From Candidatus Doudnabacteria bacterium (GTDB lineage Bacteria; Patescibacteriota; Doudnabacteria; UBA920; VMFF01), in assembly GCA_028286905.1 (NCBI GenBank), contig JAQBQP010000001.1:143114-207113 (forward strand): a stretch of 64,000 nucleotides of DNA. The letters are read 5' to 3'. This document shows positions 31,723 through 40,813 of this stretch, piece by piece. The notes below the pieces were generated by a model that had not been told where the DNA came from, made no database searches, and was given only the letters and a program-made list of their open reading frames with translations. The position numbers and the translations under genes were made by a program. Within the stretch, counting starts at the first letter, position 1; each line of letters opens with the position of its first letter.

Positions 31723-32883
31723 TTAAGATTGAAACGCTAGAATTATCCAAAATACTAATGCTAGATCGTTTTTGAGATACGGGTTATCTACCATGCCATG
31801 TGTGAACAAAGCTATTAAGAATAGCGTTGTGCCGATTGCCAATAAGCCTTTTAATCGCATCGAGCGGTATAGTGCAAATAAGCAAATTAATACAAATAAC
31901 AATAAACCAAAGAATCCAGTTTCCACCCAAAAATTTAAAAATATATTATGCGCGAGATTTATTGGTAATTGAGTAGGGTCGGTATTGTACTTGCTAAAGT
32001 TTGCTTCAAATCCTTGAAGACCCTTTCCTAGAACGGGCGAATCCTTAATCATTTTATTTGCAGTGTGCCACAAGGAGTAGCGACTCTCGGTAGACTTATC
32101 TCCGCGATAAGCCAGAATTACGCGATATCTTAAAATTGGAATAGCGTATGCAACCCCAGCAAAAATTATTGCTGCGGCAATCAACGCGATTTTAACCCGT
32201 TTGGTAGCAAAAAATAATATGTAAGCTGCCACGGCTGCCGCAAAACCAAGCCATCCCCCACGGGAAAGACTTGCCACTAATCCAGCAATACTTATTAAGT
32301 AAAAGAGTTTATAGTACCAAGAAAGTTTTCTTTCAAAAACAAAAGGTAATAGAAATGCCAAAAGTGGAGTCAGAAACAATGCAAAACTATTCGGATGTTC
32401 AAAAACACTTAACGCTCTTTTTGGTTCGAGACTGTTTCCCCACCAAGCGTTTGGCAATCCGAACAATGTGAAATACTGGAAGAGGCCGTACAAACCCAAC
32501 CCCGCAATGTACCAAAACATAAACTTAACCATTCTTAGTTTATTCAGCGGACTGGAAAGAATATAGCTTGCTGGCATGTAAATCAAAATTGGTTCTAGAA
32601 ACAAAGCCACAAAAAGCCCTAATCCCCTGGCTTTGTTGGGCGCAACTAAGGCTTCTACAAATCCGACCAACAAAAACAATCCGGCAAAATAAAGCATTAA
32701 TCGCGGTTGGCCTTCAATGTGCTGAGTAAAATCACGCACTGCTTTATTTTTGTAAAGCCAAAATGCAAAAACCAGTAAAAAAGCTAAAGATAAGATCTCT
32801 AGCAGATTTACTGGAATTCCAATGTTAAACCTAATTACGTATGTTGGTGCGCTTACAAACAACAAAGCTAGTAGGTAAAACAT
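31723..32883 (-). CDS. O-antigen ligase / Wzy-like polytopic membrane protein
   Basis: About 10 TM segments with a Wzy_C-like central loop. Low specificity. Confidence 0.4.
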   Translation of the reverse strand: MFYLLALLFVSAPTYVIRFNIGIPVNLLEILSLAFLLVFAFWLYKNKAVRDFTQHIEGQPRLMLYFAGLFLLVGFVEALVAPNKARGLGLFVALFLEPILIYMPASYILSSPLNKLRMVKFMFWYIAGLGLYGLFQYFTLFGLPNAWWGNSLEPKRALSVFEHPNSFALFLTPLLAFLLPFVFERKLSWYYKLFYLISIAGLVASLSRGGWLGFAAAVAAYILFFATKRVKIALIAAAIIFAGVAYAIPILRYRVILAYRGDKSTESRYSLWHTANKMIKDSPVLGKGLQGFEANFSKYNTDPTQLPINLAHNIFLNFWVETGFFGLLLFVLICLFALYRSMRLKGLLAIGTTLFLIALFTHGMVDNPYLKNDLALVFWIILAFQS

Positions 32884-35463
32884 TTATTTAAAGTTAAGTT
32901 TGATACTTGTGTCCGCGGTATTGCCTTTATCATCCACAGCATGGACTGCAAAGGTATGATCACCTTTTCCTGGATTGTTCATAATCGTAAAGTTATAAGG
33001 TGCAGTCACTAAGCTTTGCACAAAAGTCCCATCAACTAAAAGATCAATACGCACGATGCTATTTCCTTGGTCAGGCGTAGCGTTTACTTGAAGGGTAAAT
33101 GGTGTGGAGCTTATCTCTGAGCCATCGGCTGGGTTTATGATGCTTACAGAAGGAGGGCTGCCAGCAGGAGTGTTGCCAGTGCCTGGAATTGAGCCTCCAG
33201 TCACCGGATTGCTGCCGGTTGGTGGATAACTGTAGCCGTGTTCCAATGCCCAGGCGATCACAGGGTTTTCCCAATTCGGGTCACTTGGCTTTTCAGAATG
33301 TAATACCGTATAAACTTGGCGAGAAGTTTGCGCTTGCGGATCTATTGTAGGGGGTAAGAAACCACCAGGATTATTCGGATCAACTTGGAGAGAAGGTGTA
33401 TTTATTACATCAACTGCAACGTGAGTATCATCGATATCTTTTGGAACAGAAAAAGATGCAAATATTTCGTTCTTGGTTTTTTGAGTATAAGGGCCTGGAA
33501 GTTTGCCGGATAATGCGTCAACATCGACATGCTGGATTCCATCCGGTACTGCAAATTCTTCAGCAGGAGTTCCTTTTAGCGCTTGCTCCATGAAAGATTT
33601 CCAAATTGGACCTGCGGTTATAATCGCATCAGTTTTCATAAGAGTGCCGTCATTATTCCCTGTCCAAACTCCTGCTGCCAATGAAGGTGTAAAACCCAAG
33701 GTCCAACCATCGTGGAAGTTTTGAGTTGTTCCAGTTTTTGCTGCTACGGTGCGATCAGGTAAAACTAAATTTTGAGAACTCGATCCAAAAGTGAACTGAC
33801 GAGAAGCATTGTCTGTCATGATGCTGATTAATTCGTAAACTGATTGAGGATCAATTACTTCATGGGATTGATCTTGATACTGTTCAAGTATTTTTCCAGA
33901 CGAATCCTCTATTTTTAGAATTCCAGTGTCTTGGTGCTGAGTACCTTCGGTTGCAAAGGTGGAATATCCAGCAGTGTGATCAAGTAAGGTTACTTCACAT
34001 CCTCCTAACACTAAAGTCAGCCCGCAGCGGTCTTTAGTTAAGTTTGGGTTTGTAATTCCAACATCCTTCATTGTTTGGATCGCATTGTCGATGCCTACCA
34101 AATCCAAGGTTTTAACCGCAGGGATGTTTAACGAACCTGCTAAGGCTTGTCGAATTGATACTGGGCCAAAGACTTTACCGCCATAATTTTGAGGGATGTA
34201 TGCTTTGCCGCCAAACGTTCCAAAATTTGTTGAAACATCTAGACGTAAGGTTGCTGGATTTTGAGCAAACTCCGGTTTAAAGGCAGTTGCATAAACATAA
34301 GGTTTCATTGAAGAACCTGCTTGTCGAAGCGAAGTTGCCACATTTACCTCGGGTTCAAAGGTACAATTTAGACCTGGGGTACAACCGGCCGGCTCGGGAG
34401 TTCCAAAGTAATCTTTAGAGCCCACCATTGCCAATATTTGCCCGGTCTTTGGGTCGATCGCCACCAAAGCCGCGTTATGTCCGTTATAAGATTTTGAGTT
34501 CTTAGCGGCCCCATCTTTTACCGCCTGTTCCGCAATACCCTGTAGACGAGAATCTAGTGTTGTTGTAACTTGTAGCCCCCCTTCTTCAAGAATTTTTTCC
34601 CCGTATTTTTGAGTTAGGTAATTTTGGATGTAAAAAACAAAGTGTGGTGCACTAATTGAGTTTTGGCTTTTCTGGAAAGCCACGACTTCCGTTTTTGCTT
34701 TGTCATGCTCGTCTTTGTTGATATAGCCCTGAGCAAGCATCTGATCCAAAACCGTATTCTTTCTGTTATCTAAGGAGTCGCGGTTTGGACCAGTCGGGTT
34801 GTAAAAACTAGGCGCTTGTGGGATCGCAGCCAAGTAAGCGGACTCTGCTAAATCTAAATCTTTAGCATGTTTATTGAAGTAAGTCTGAGAAGCTGCTTCG
34901 ATACCGTAAGCATTTCGACCATAAGGGACTTCATTCAAATACAATCTTAAAATTTCGTCTTTGGAAAAACGCTTGTTAATTTCCAAAGATAAAATAATCT
35001 CTTTGATCTTGCGGGCATAGGTCTTGTCGCGAGTAAGAACCGCATTGCGAACAAATTGCTGAGTAATTGTACTGGCGCCTTGTGCTTTGCTTCCCGAGGT
35101 TAAATCTGCAACGATGGAGCGAGCAATGCCTTTGAAGTCGATGCCGCCTTCGTTGTAAAAATTCTTATCCTCAATTGCAACTGTGGCATTTCTAATATTC
35201 GGGTTCATTTCCGAAAAAGGGATTAGAGTGCGTTTGAATTCCCCATGGATCTCATAAAGAAGTTGTCCATCACGGGAATAGATTTTAGTTGACTGAGGAA
35301 TTGAGCGGGCCAATAGCTTGTTTGGATCGGGTAAATCCTTTGAATACCAAATAAATAGGAAGGCAATTAAGGCAAAGCCAACCGCAGTTATTCTAATGAT
35401 CCAGGTCCAAAAACGTTTGCTTTTAAAGGTTGATTTAAGCTTAGATTTTATATTATATTTCAT
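32884..35463 (-). CDS. class A penicillin-binding protein (transglycosylase + transpeptidase) with C-terminal Ig-like extension
   Basis: N-terminal TM, GT51 motifs (EDKNFYNEGGIDF, RKIKE), transpeptidase SxxK-type region, C-terminal beta-rich domain. Confidence 0.85.
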   Translation of the reverse strand: MKYNIKSKLKSTFKSKRFWTWIIRITAVGFALIAFLFIWYSKDLPDPNKLLARSIPQSTKIYSRDGQLLYEIHGEFKRTLIPFSEMNPNIRNATVAIEDKNFYNEGGIDFKGIARSIVADLTSGSKAQGASTITQQFVRNAVLTRDKTYARKIKEIILSLEINKRFSKDEILRLYLNEVPYGRNAYGIEAASQTYFNKHAKDLDLAESAYLAAIPQAPSFYNPTGPNRDSLDNRKNTVLDQMLAQGYINKDEHDKAKTEVVAFQKSQNSISAPHFVFYIQNYLTQKYGEKILEEGGLQVTTTLDSRLQGIAEQAVKDGAAKNSKSYNGHNAALVAIDPKTGQILAMVGSKDYFGTPEPAGCTPGLNCTFEPEVNVATSLRQAGSSMKPYVYATAFKPEFAQNPATLRLDVSTNFGTFGGKAYIPQNYGGKVFGPVSIRQALAGSLNIPAVKTLDLVGIDNAIQTMKDVGITNPNLTKDRCGLTLVLGGCEVTLLDHTAGYSTFATEGTQHQDTGILKIEDSSGKILEQYQDQSHEVIDPQSVYELISIMTDNASRQFTFGSSSQNLVLPDRTVAAKTGTTQNFHDGWTLGFTPSLAAGVWTGNNDGTLMKTDAIITAGPIWKSFMEQALKGTPAEEFAVPDGIQHVDVDALSGKLPGPYTQKTKNEIFASFSVPKDIDDTHVAVDVINTPSLQVDPNNPGGFLPPTIDPQAQTSRQVYTVLHSEKPSDPNWENPVIAWALEHGYSYPPTGSNPVTGGSIPGTGNTPAGSPPSVSIINPADGSEISSTPFTLQVNATPDQGNSIVRIDLLVDGTFVQSLVTAPYNFTIMNNPGKGDHTFAVHAVDDKGNTADTSIKLNFK

Positions 35464-35508
35464 AGAGGAATTATATCTGAATCTCTTTAAACTTGCTATA
35501 ATATCGAT

Positions 35509-36678
35509 ATGACTGACAAAATTGATGAAATTTTAACTCGCGGAGTTGCCGAGATCATAGACCGTAAAAATCTTGAGCAAAAACTACGAAGCAAGAAAAA
35601 AATTAGAATAAAATTGGGCATCGATCCGACCTCCTCTAACATTCACATTGGTCGTGCCGTTTCTTTATGGAAACTTCGAGCGCTTCAAGACTTGGGCCAC
35701 AAAATAGTTTTCATCGTCGGAGACTTTACAGGCTTAATTGGTGACACTTCGGATAAAGAAGCCGAACGTCCAATGCTTTCGGCAAAAGATGTTAAAGAAA
35801 ACATGAAAAATTATATTGCCCAAGTTGGGAAGATTATTGATATCAAGAAGACAGAGGTGCATTATAATTCAAAATGGTTGAAGAAACTTAGTTTCTTGGA
35901 AATTGCCGAGCAGGCGAACCAATTTTCGCTTCATGAATTTGAGGCAAGAGAAAACATTTCAAAAAGAATGAAGGCTCAGAAGCGTGTTTCATTGCGAGAG
36001 CTTTTGTATCCTCTGATGCAAGGCTATGACTCAGTCGCGATTAAAGCAGATTTGGAAGTTGGCGGTACAGATCAACGTTTTAATTTACTTGCCGGACGCG
36101 TTCTACAGAGACATTATGGCCAAGAGCCGCAAGATATCATGACCTTTGATTTATTGGAAGGCACTGATGGTCGTAAGATGAGCTCCTCTTGGGGGAACGT
36201 TATAACTTTGACAGAAGAACCGAACAACATGTTTGGTCAGGTTATGTCTATCCTAGACTCCCTTATAATCAAATACTTCATAATGTGCACAAAAGTAACA
36301 ATGGATGAGATAAATTCCTTGGAAAAAGGCTTAAAGAATGGAAAGCTTAATGCGCGAGACGTTAAGGCGAGCCTGGCGTATGAGATTGTAGCTTTATATC
36401 ACGGTGCAAAACTGGCAAAGACCGCATCCGAAGAGTTCGATCGAGTCCATAAAAACAGAGAACTTCCTGAAGATATTAAATCTTATAAGATGGCTGGTAA
36501 TCAATTGGTCAAAGTGCTTATAGATACAAAACTGGCAAAGAGTTCCAGCGAAGCCAGACGTCTTATTGACCAAGCTGGTGTTAAAATAAACGGTGAAACT
36601 GCAAAAGATTATGCTCAGGCCATTCCCAAAGATACGATCGTGCAAGTAGGTAAAAGAAATTTCGCGAAAATAATTTAA
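35509..36678 (+). CDS. tyrS: tyrosine--tRNA ligase
   Basis: HIGH-like NIHIGR, KMSKS-like KMSSS, C-terminal S4 domain. TATAAT 6 nt before ATG and no SD, suggesting a leaderless start. Confidence 0.8.
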   Translation: MTDKIDEILTRGVAEIIDRKNLEQKLRSKKKIRIKLGIDPTSSNIHIGRAVSLWKLRALQDLGHKIVFIVGDFTGLIGDTSDKEAERPMLSAKDVKENMKNYIAQVGKIIDIKKTEVHYNSKWLKKLSFLEIAEQANQFSLHEFEARENISKRMKAQKRVSLRELLYPLMQGYDSVAIKADLEVGGTDQRFNLLAGRVLQRHYGQEPQDIMTFDLLEGTDGRKMSSSWGNVITLTEEPNNMFGQVMSILDSLIIKYFIMCTKVTMDEINSLEKGLKNGKLNARDVKASLAYEIVALYHGAKLAKTASEEFDRVHKNRELPEDIKSYKMAGNQLVKVLIDTKLAKSSSEARRLIDQAGVKINGETAKDYAQAIPKDTIVQVGKRNFAKII

Positions 36679-36687
36679 TAACTTCAT

Positions 36688-36720
36688 TAAAATCCCCGAC
36701 TAGTTCGGGGATTTTTGCTA
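36688..36720 (+). terminator. intrinsic terminator (aaatccccgactagttcggggattttt)
   Basis: Seen in sequence. Confidence 0.6.
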
Positions 36721-36772
36721 TACTTCAATTGTAAGACATGCAAGTTCATGGAGGACTAACTGGGAGGTTGGA

Positions 36773-36952
36773 ATGTACGAACAGTCCAGGTCGACCAGTT
36801 TGCCGGAGATCGTTTATTTCACCGATCAAGAGGTTCCGGGCCCCCAGATAATGGTGGTGGCAACAGCGTTCGTGTTCGTATATCGCCATCCAAGCCCGCT
36901 CGAGGTCGAGGATATCGTTCCTGAGGTTTGGGAGCGTCAGCCGATCCAGTAG
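36773..36952 (+). CDS. hypothetical 59-aa protein in a GC-rich islet
   Basis: GGGAGG SD 5 nt before ATG gives MYEQSRSTSLPEIVYFTDQEVPGPQIMVVATAFVFVYRHPSPLEVEDIVPEVWERQPIQ. Stop followed directly by hairpin ccccgcgttttcttttggaaacgcgggg. Below the track cutoff. A competing 94-aa minus-strand ORF overlaps ruvC. Confidence 0.25.
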   Translation: MYEQSRSTSLPEIVYFTDQEVPGPQIMVVATAFVFVYRHPSPLEVEDIVPEVWERQPIQ

Positions 36953-36995
36953 CAACACCCCGCGTTTTCTTTTGGAAACGCGGGGTGGATCATTT

Positions 36996-37472
36996 CTATT
37001 TTGTATTTTTAAAACTTGCACACAGCGCAATTCCTAAAGCATCAGCAGCATCATCGGGTTTCGGTAAAGTTTTTAAATTAAAAGTTTTTTGAACCATCAA
37101 TTGAACTTGTCTTTTTTCAGCTTTGCCATAGCCGCAAATCATCGACTTAACCTGCAATGGCGTAAATTCAAACAGTTCTATCTTACTTTGTTCTAATGTG
37201 AGCAATACGACTCCCCTCGCCTGCGAAACAGTCATTGCGGTGGTGACATTAGTTTTGAAGAAAAGCTTTTCAACTCCTGCGCGGTTAGGCTTATATTTTG
37301 TAATGATCTTTTTTAAATCTTTTTGCAATTCCGCTAACCGTGCGGAGTCGCTAAGAGTTTTCTTTGTTTGAATCACTCCGAAATCCAAAATCCGAAAAGA
37401 ATTATCTTTTTGTTTTTTTATTAAAGCATAACCAGTAGTTGCTGTTCCCGGGTCTATCCCAAGTATAATCAT
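36996..37472 (-). CDS. ruvC: crossover junction endodeoxyribonuclease RuvC
   Basis: MIILGIDPGTATTGYALI RNase-H-like fold start, 158 aa. Confidence 0.85.
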   Translation of the reverse strand: MIILGIDPGTATTGYALIKKQKDNSFRILDFGVIQTKKTLSDSARLAELQKDLKKIITKYKPNRAGVEKLFFKTNVTTAMTVSQARGVVLLTLEQSKIELFEFTPLQVKSMICGYGKAEKRQVQLMVQKTFNLKTLPKPDDAADALGIALCASFKNTK

Positions 37473-37474
37473 TT

Positions 37475-38185
37475 TTATAAATTAGCGGATGTGTGCACTG
37501 CAATAACGTCTTCATCGTCAGAAAGAGCGTCATAAAGTTTTTGGACTGCTGGAATCTGCTCTGCGGTTAAATCAGTTCCTTGCGAAGATTCTTTGATCAC
37601 TTCAGCTTGTGCAATCCTGGCGTTAACTTTTTCCAAAGCTTCCTTCATTTTTTCTAAATCTTCTGGCTTTGTGTAGATTTCCAACCCTTCGTTTGATTCG
37701 CGAACATCGCTGGCACCAGCGTCGATTGCCGCTAGCTCAATTGCATCTAAATCTCCGGCTCGTTCTATTAGCAGCTGTCCTTTAGTTTGGAACATCCATC
37801 CGACACTCCCTTGTTGGCCGATGTTACCGCCGTTTTTGGTAAAAATATTCCGGACGTTTTGAAAAGTTCGGTTTGGATTATCACTGGCAGCTTCAATTAA
37901 AAAAGCAGTGCCAGAAGGCCCATACCCTTCGTACAAAAGGCTTGTAATCGCATTAGCTTCTGCGCCAGTGCCTTTCTTAATCGCCCGTTCAATATTATCG
38001 CTAGGCATTGATTGGTCGCGCGCTTTTAAAATTGCTAAGCGTAGCTTGAAGTTCATCGATGGATCTTCTCCGTCTCTAGCGGCGATCGTAATTTGTTTGG
38101 ATAGCTTTGCAAATAGTGCGCCTTTTTTTACATCTGCAGCACCCTTTGATCTTTTTATCTGAGCCCATTTAGAATGTCCGGACAT
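37475..38185 (-). CDS. YebC/PmpR family transcriptional regulator
   Basis: MSGHSKWAQIKRSKG...KLRLAILKAR is the hallmark N-terminus. Confidence 0.85.
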   Translation of the reverse strand: MSGHSKWAQIKRSKGAADVKKGALFAKLSKQITIAARDGEDPSMNFKLRLAILKARDQSMPSDNIERAIKKGTGAEANAITSLLYEGYGPSGTAFLIEAASDNPNRTFQNVRNIFTKNGGNIGQQGSVGWMFQTKGQLLIERAGDLDAIELAAIDAGASDVRESNEGLEIYTKPEDLEKMKEALEKVNARIAQAEVIKESSQGTDLTAEQIPAVQKLYDALSDDEDVIAVHTSANL

Positions 38186-38186
38186 A

Positions 38187-38852
38187 TTATTTAAAACTAA
38201 TGACTACAGTAATCTCCCCTTTGATGCTCTGGCGGCTATTTAGTTTTTCAGCTACTTCTAGCGCGCTGCCTCGAATAAATTCTTCATGCATTTTTGTCAG
38301 TTCTCGCGCCACAACCACCTTGGCGTCTGGCCAGGTCGTTGCTAAGTAGCCAATGGTTTTATTAATTCGATGCGGTGATTCATAAAATATAATCGTTGCT
38401 TCTAAATCCACCGCGCTTTGGATTTCATTAGAAAATTTAATTTCAGTTTTGGGAACGAAACCAAGAAAAATAAATTTATCGGTTGGTAATCCTGAAGCGC
38501 ACAATGCAGTGATTGCGGCATTTGGTCCGGGAATTGGTGTGACCGGAATGTTTAATTTTATTGCTTCGCGAATTAATTTAAATCCAGGGTCTGAAATCCC
38601 AGGCGTCCCGGCATCGCTTATTAAAACGGCATCTTCTTTTTGCAGCAGTTCCAAAAGCATGGGTAGGCTTCTCAGTTCATTGTGCTCCGCAAACTGTACA
38701 AACTTTTTCCCCGATACCCCCAGGTGGTCGGTAAGCTTTTTGGAATACAAAGGGTTTTCAGCGATGATTAGATTTATATCGGTTAAAGTTTGCTTAGCTC
38801 GATCGCTAAGGTCTGAAAGATTTCCGATTGGTGATGAGAGTATGTATAGCAT
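38187..38852 (-). CDS. rsmI: 16S rRNA (cytidine1402-2'-O)-methyltransferase RsmI
   Basis: Tetrapyrrole-methylase fold start MLYILSSPIGNLSD, about 220 aa. Confidence 0.7.
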   Translation of the reverse strand: MLYILSSPIGNLSDLSDRAKQTLTDINLIIAENPLYSKKLTDHLGVSGKKFVQFAEHNELRSLPMLLELLQKEDAVLISDAGTPGISDPGFKLIREAIKLNIPVTPIPGPNAAITALCASGLPTDKFIFLGFVPKTEIKFSNEIQSAVDLEATIIFYESPHRINKTIGYLATTWPDAKVVVARELTKMHEEFIRGSALEVAEKLNSRQSIKGEITVVISFK

Positions 38853-39550
38853 TAGTAATGAATTAATTTGATTCCGTTGATTTCACATTTATCATTTCTC
38901 GCGGTGCAATATTTTCTACCAAATAAAATTAGTTGATCAGCAAATTTTACCCAATCTTCTTTCGGAACAATTTTGATTAAGTCTTGCTCTACTTTTTTAG
39001 GGTCTTCATTTTTTGTCAGTCCGAGTCTTTTCGTAACTCTTTTAACATGGGTGTCGACTACAAATCCGGAAGGAATATTGTAAGCATGGCCCAGTACGAC
39101 GTTTGCGGTTTTACGAGCTACTCCCGGCAACTCTATTAATTGCTCTAAAGTTCTAGGTACGTTCCCATTGTATCGCTTTTCTATGATTTGCGCTGTCTTT
39201 TTAATGGATTTCGCTTTGTTTCTGTAAAATGTCACCGGATAGATATCTTTTGTTAAGGTGGTCAAATTTGCTTTGGCAAAATCTGCGGGAGATTTGTATT
39301 TTTTGAAAAGCGTAGCAGTTACTTTATTTACCAAAACGTCGGTGCATTGAGCAGACATTATCGTGGCTATTAGTAATTCAAAGGGATTTTTATAATTTAA
39401 AGCTGTAGTTGCCTCTGGAAAGGCTTTGTTTAAGACTTTTTTTGCAGCTTTATAGCGGTTTTTTAATTCAGCAGCAGTTGGATTAGGCATACACTGATCA
39501 TACCAAAAGCAAAACTCTCCTATCAAGGAGAGTTTTGCCGAAAAGTTCAC
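38852..39550 (-). CDS. nth: endonuclease III
   Basis: HhH-GPD domain. C-terminal Cys cluster (CTARNDKCE...) consistent with the Nth Fe-S cluster. Confidence 0.8.
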   Translation of the reverse strand: MNFSAKLSLIGEFCFWYDQCMPNPTAAELKNRYKAAKKVLNKAFPEATTALNYKNPFELLIATIMSAQCTDVLVNKVTATLFKKYKSPADFAKANLTTLTKDIYPVTFYRNKAKSIKKTAQIIEKRYNGNVPRTLEQLIELPGVARKTANVVLGHAYNIPSGFVVDTHVKRVTKRLGLTKNEDPKKVEQDLIKIVPKEDWVKFADQLILFGRKYCTARNDKCEINGIKLIHY

Positions 39551-39771
39551 AAAAGAGCTATTTAATACTTGCGATTAATACCGCAATTATGTAGTTAGTG
39601 AACTAACTGGGGTTGAGTCTATTTAATTGTGTTTTATTTTTGTTTCGAACTTCACACTAAGTGAACTTTGAACTTTTCTATTACTAGTATAGCAAAAATA
39701 AAGGCTTTAGTCAATGTTTTGTGATGTTTGAAGCAGTGGCTTATAATACAAATACAAATTAATCAAACAAA

Positions 39772-40575
39772 ATGATAACCCCTGACATACAAATACCTCA
39801 ACCAAGTGTTAATAGTGGATCCTTACGAGGACTCGGAAGTTTATTAGCAGGTAGCCTGAATATTTATAAAAACAAATTAGCCTTGTTTTTAAGTTTAAGC
39901 CTAATATCCTTGGTACCATATACCCTAGCCAGCCTTTTGTATACATTAAACGGCTTTATTTATTTAGCGGGTGCGGTGATAGCTGTTGCCTTTTTCTTTA
40001 TCGGACAAGGGGGGATTTATTTTGCTGCAAAAAATTACCAAAGTAAAATTAGCATCGGTCAGGCATTGAATTTTGGTTTAAAAAAAAGCCCTTACTATCT
40101 ATGGACTATGATCTTATCAGGATTGCTCTCGTCTTTGGGCTTCGTTTTGTTTATAATTCCAGGACTCATATTAAGTACTTGGTTCGCGTTTGCTCCTGCA
40201 ATTTTAGTTGATGAAGACATTCGTGGAACTAGGGCAATATTAAAAAGCAAATATTATGTTCAAAATTTTGGTATGGCAATTTTTGGACGAATATTTTGTG
40301 TCGGGTTTTTAATAGGGATACTTTCTTTTTTGGAAGGTTTGCTAACAAAAGGTTTGAGCGGGCAGTTGGTTTCGATCCTGGATACAGTTCTAGCAGTTTT
40401 GACCCTTCCTTTGTTCGCGATATTTACATATGAGCTTTACACAGATGTTAAGGCTAGAAAGAACTCTGCTCTTTTCCAGTCTTCATCTACTTCTCGAGCG
40501 CTTATCATTATTGGAGCAGCTATAGGATTGATTGTCCTAGTCGTACTGTTTATTCTCCGTTTGCTTAAGGGCTAA
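39772..40575 (+). CDS. polytopic membrane protein (unknown function)
   Basis: Six or more hydrophobic helices. No diagnostic motif. Confidence 0.35.
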   Translation: MITPDIQIPQPSVNSGSLRGLGSLLAGSLNIYKNKLALFLSLSLISLVPYTLASLLYTLNGFIYLAGAVIAVAFFFIGQGGIYFAAKNYQSKISIGQALNFGLKKSPYYLWTMILSGLLSSLGFVLFIIPGLILSTWFAFAPAILVDEDIRGTRAILKSKYYVQNFGMAIFGRIFCVGFLIGILSFLEGLLTKGLSGQLVSILDTVLAVLTLPLFAIFTYELYTDVKARKNSALFQSSSTSRALIIIGAAIGLIVLVVLFILRLLKG

Positions 40576-40579
40576 AAAA

Positions 40580-40607
40580 ATCCCGGTCGACGACCGGGAT
40601 TTTTTAT
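40580..40607. terminator. bidirectional intrinsic terminator (atcccggtcgacgaccgggat flanked by A/T runs)
   Basis: Seen in sequence. Serves both the + membrane-protein gene and the minus-strand tRNA. Confidence 0.6.
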
Positions 40608-40683
40608 TGGTGGGCACGCCAGGACTCGAACCTGGGACCAGTTGTGTATAAGACAACCGCTCTACCAACTGAGCTACGTGCCC
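40608..40683 (-). tRNA. tRNA with anticodon UAU (Ile, AUA decoder), CCA encoded
   Basis: Hand-folded cloverleaf GGGCACG/CGUGCCC acceptor, D arm GCUC...GAGC, anticodon arm GUUGU-CUUAUAC-ACAAC, T arm CCAGG-UUCGAGU-CCUGG. Confidence 0.7.
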
Positions 40684-40813
40684 TCGTCGCACCCGCCAGA
40701 CATCTTTCTCAGCTCTGCTTCGCAGAGCTTCTAATATGTCTGGCGGGTGCTCCTCTTAAAACTGCCTATCCTCCCTTCGGTCAGACACACGGCAGTTTTG
40801 CTACGCAAGGTTT

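Noticed and set aside
36746-37030. 94-aa minus-strand ORF overlapping the 3' end of ruvC
   Set aside because: It starts inside ruvC in another frame without an SD. The plus-strand 59-aa frame has a consensus SD and a terminator. It is retained only as an alternative inside the feature evidence.
39545-39700. GTGAAC/GTTCAC-containing short inverted repeats (agttag-tgaa-ctaact, ttcac-actaa-gtgaa) in the nth / membrane-protein divergent region, considered as Cheo-type LexA boxes
   Set aside because: None matches the CGAAC-N4-GTTCG geometry. They are AT-rich low-complexity palindromes of 5-6 bp that could arise by chance. Noted only as weak.
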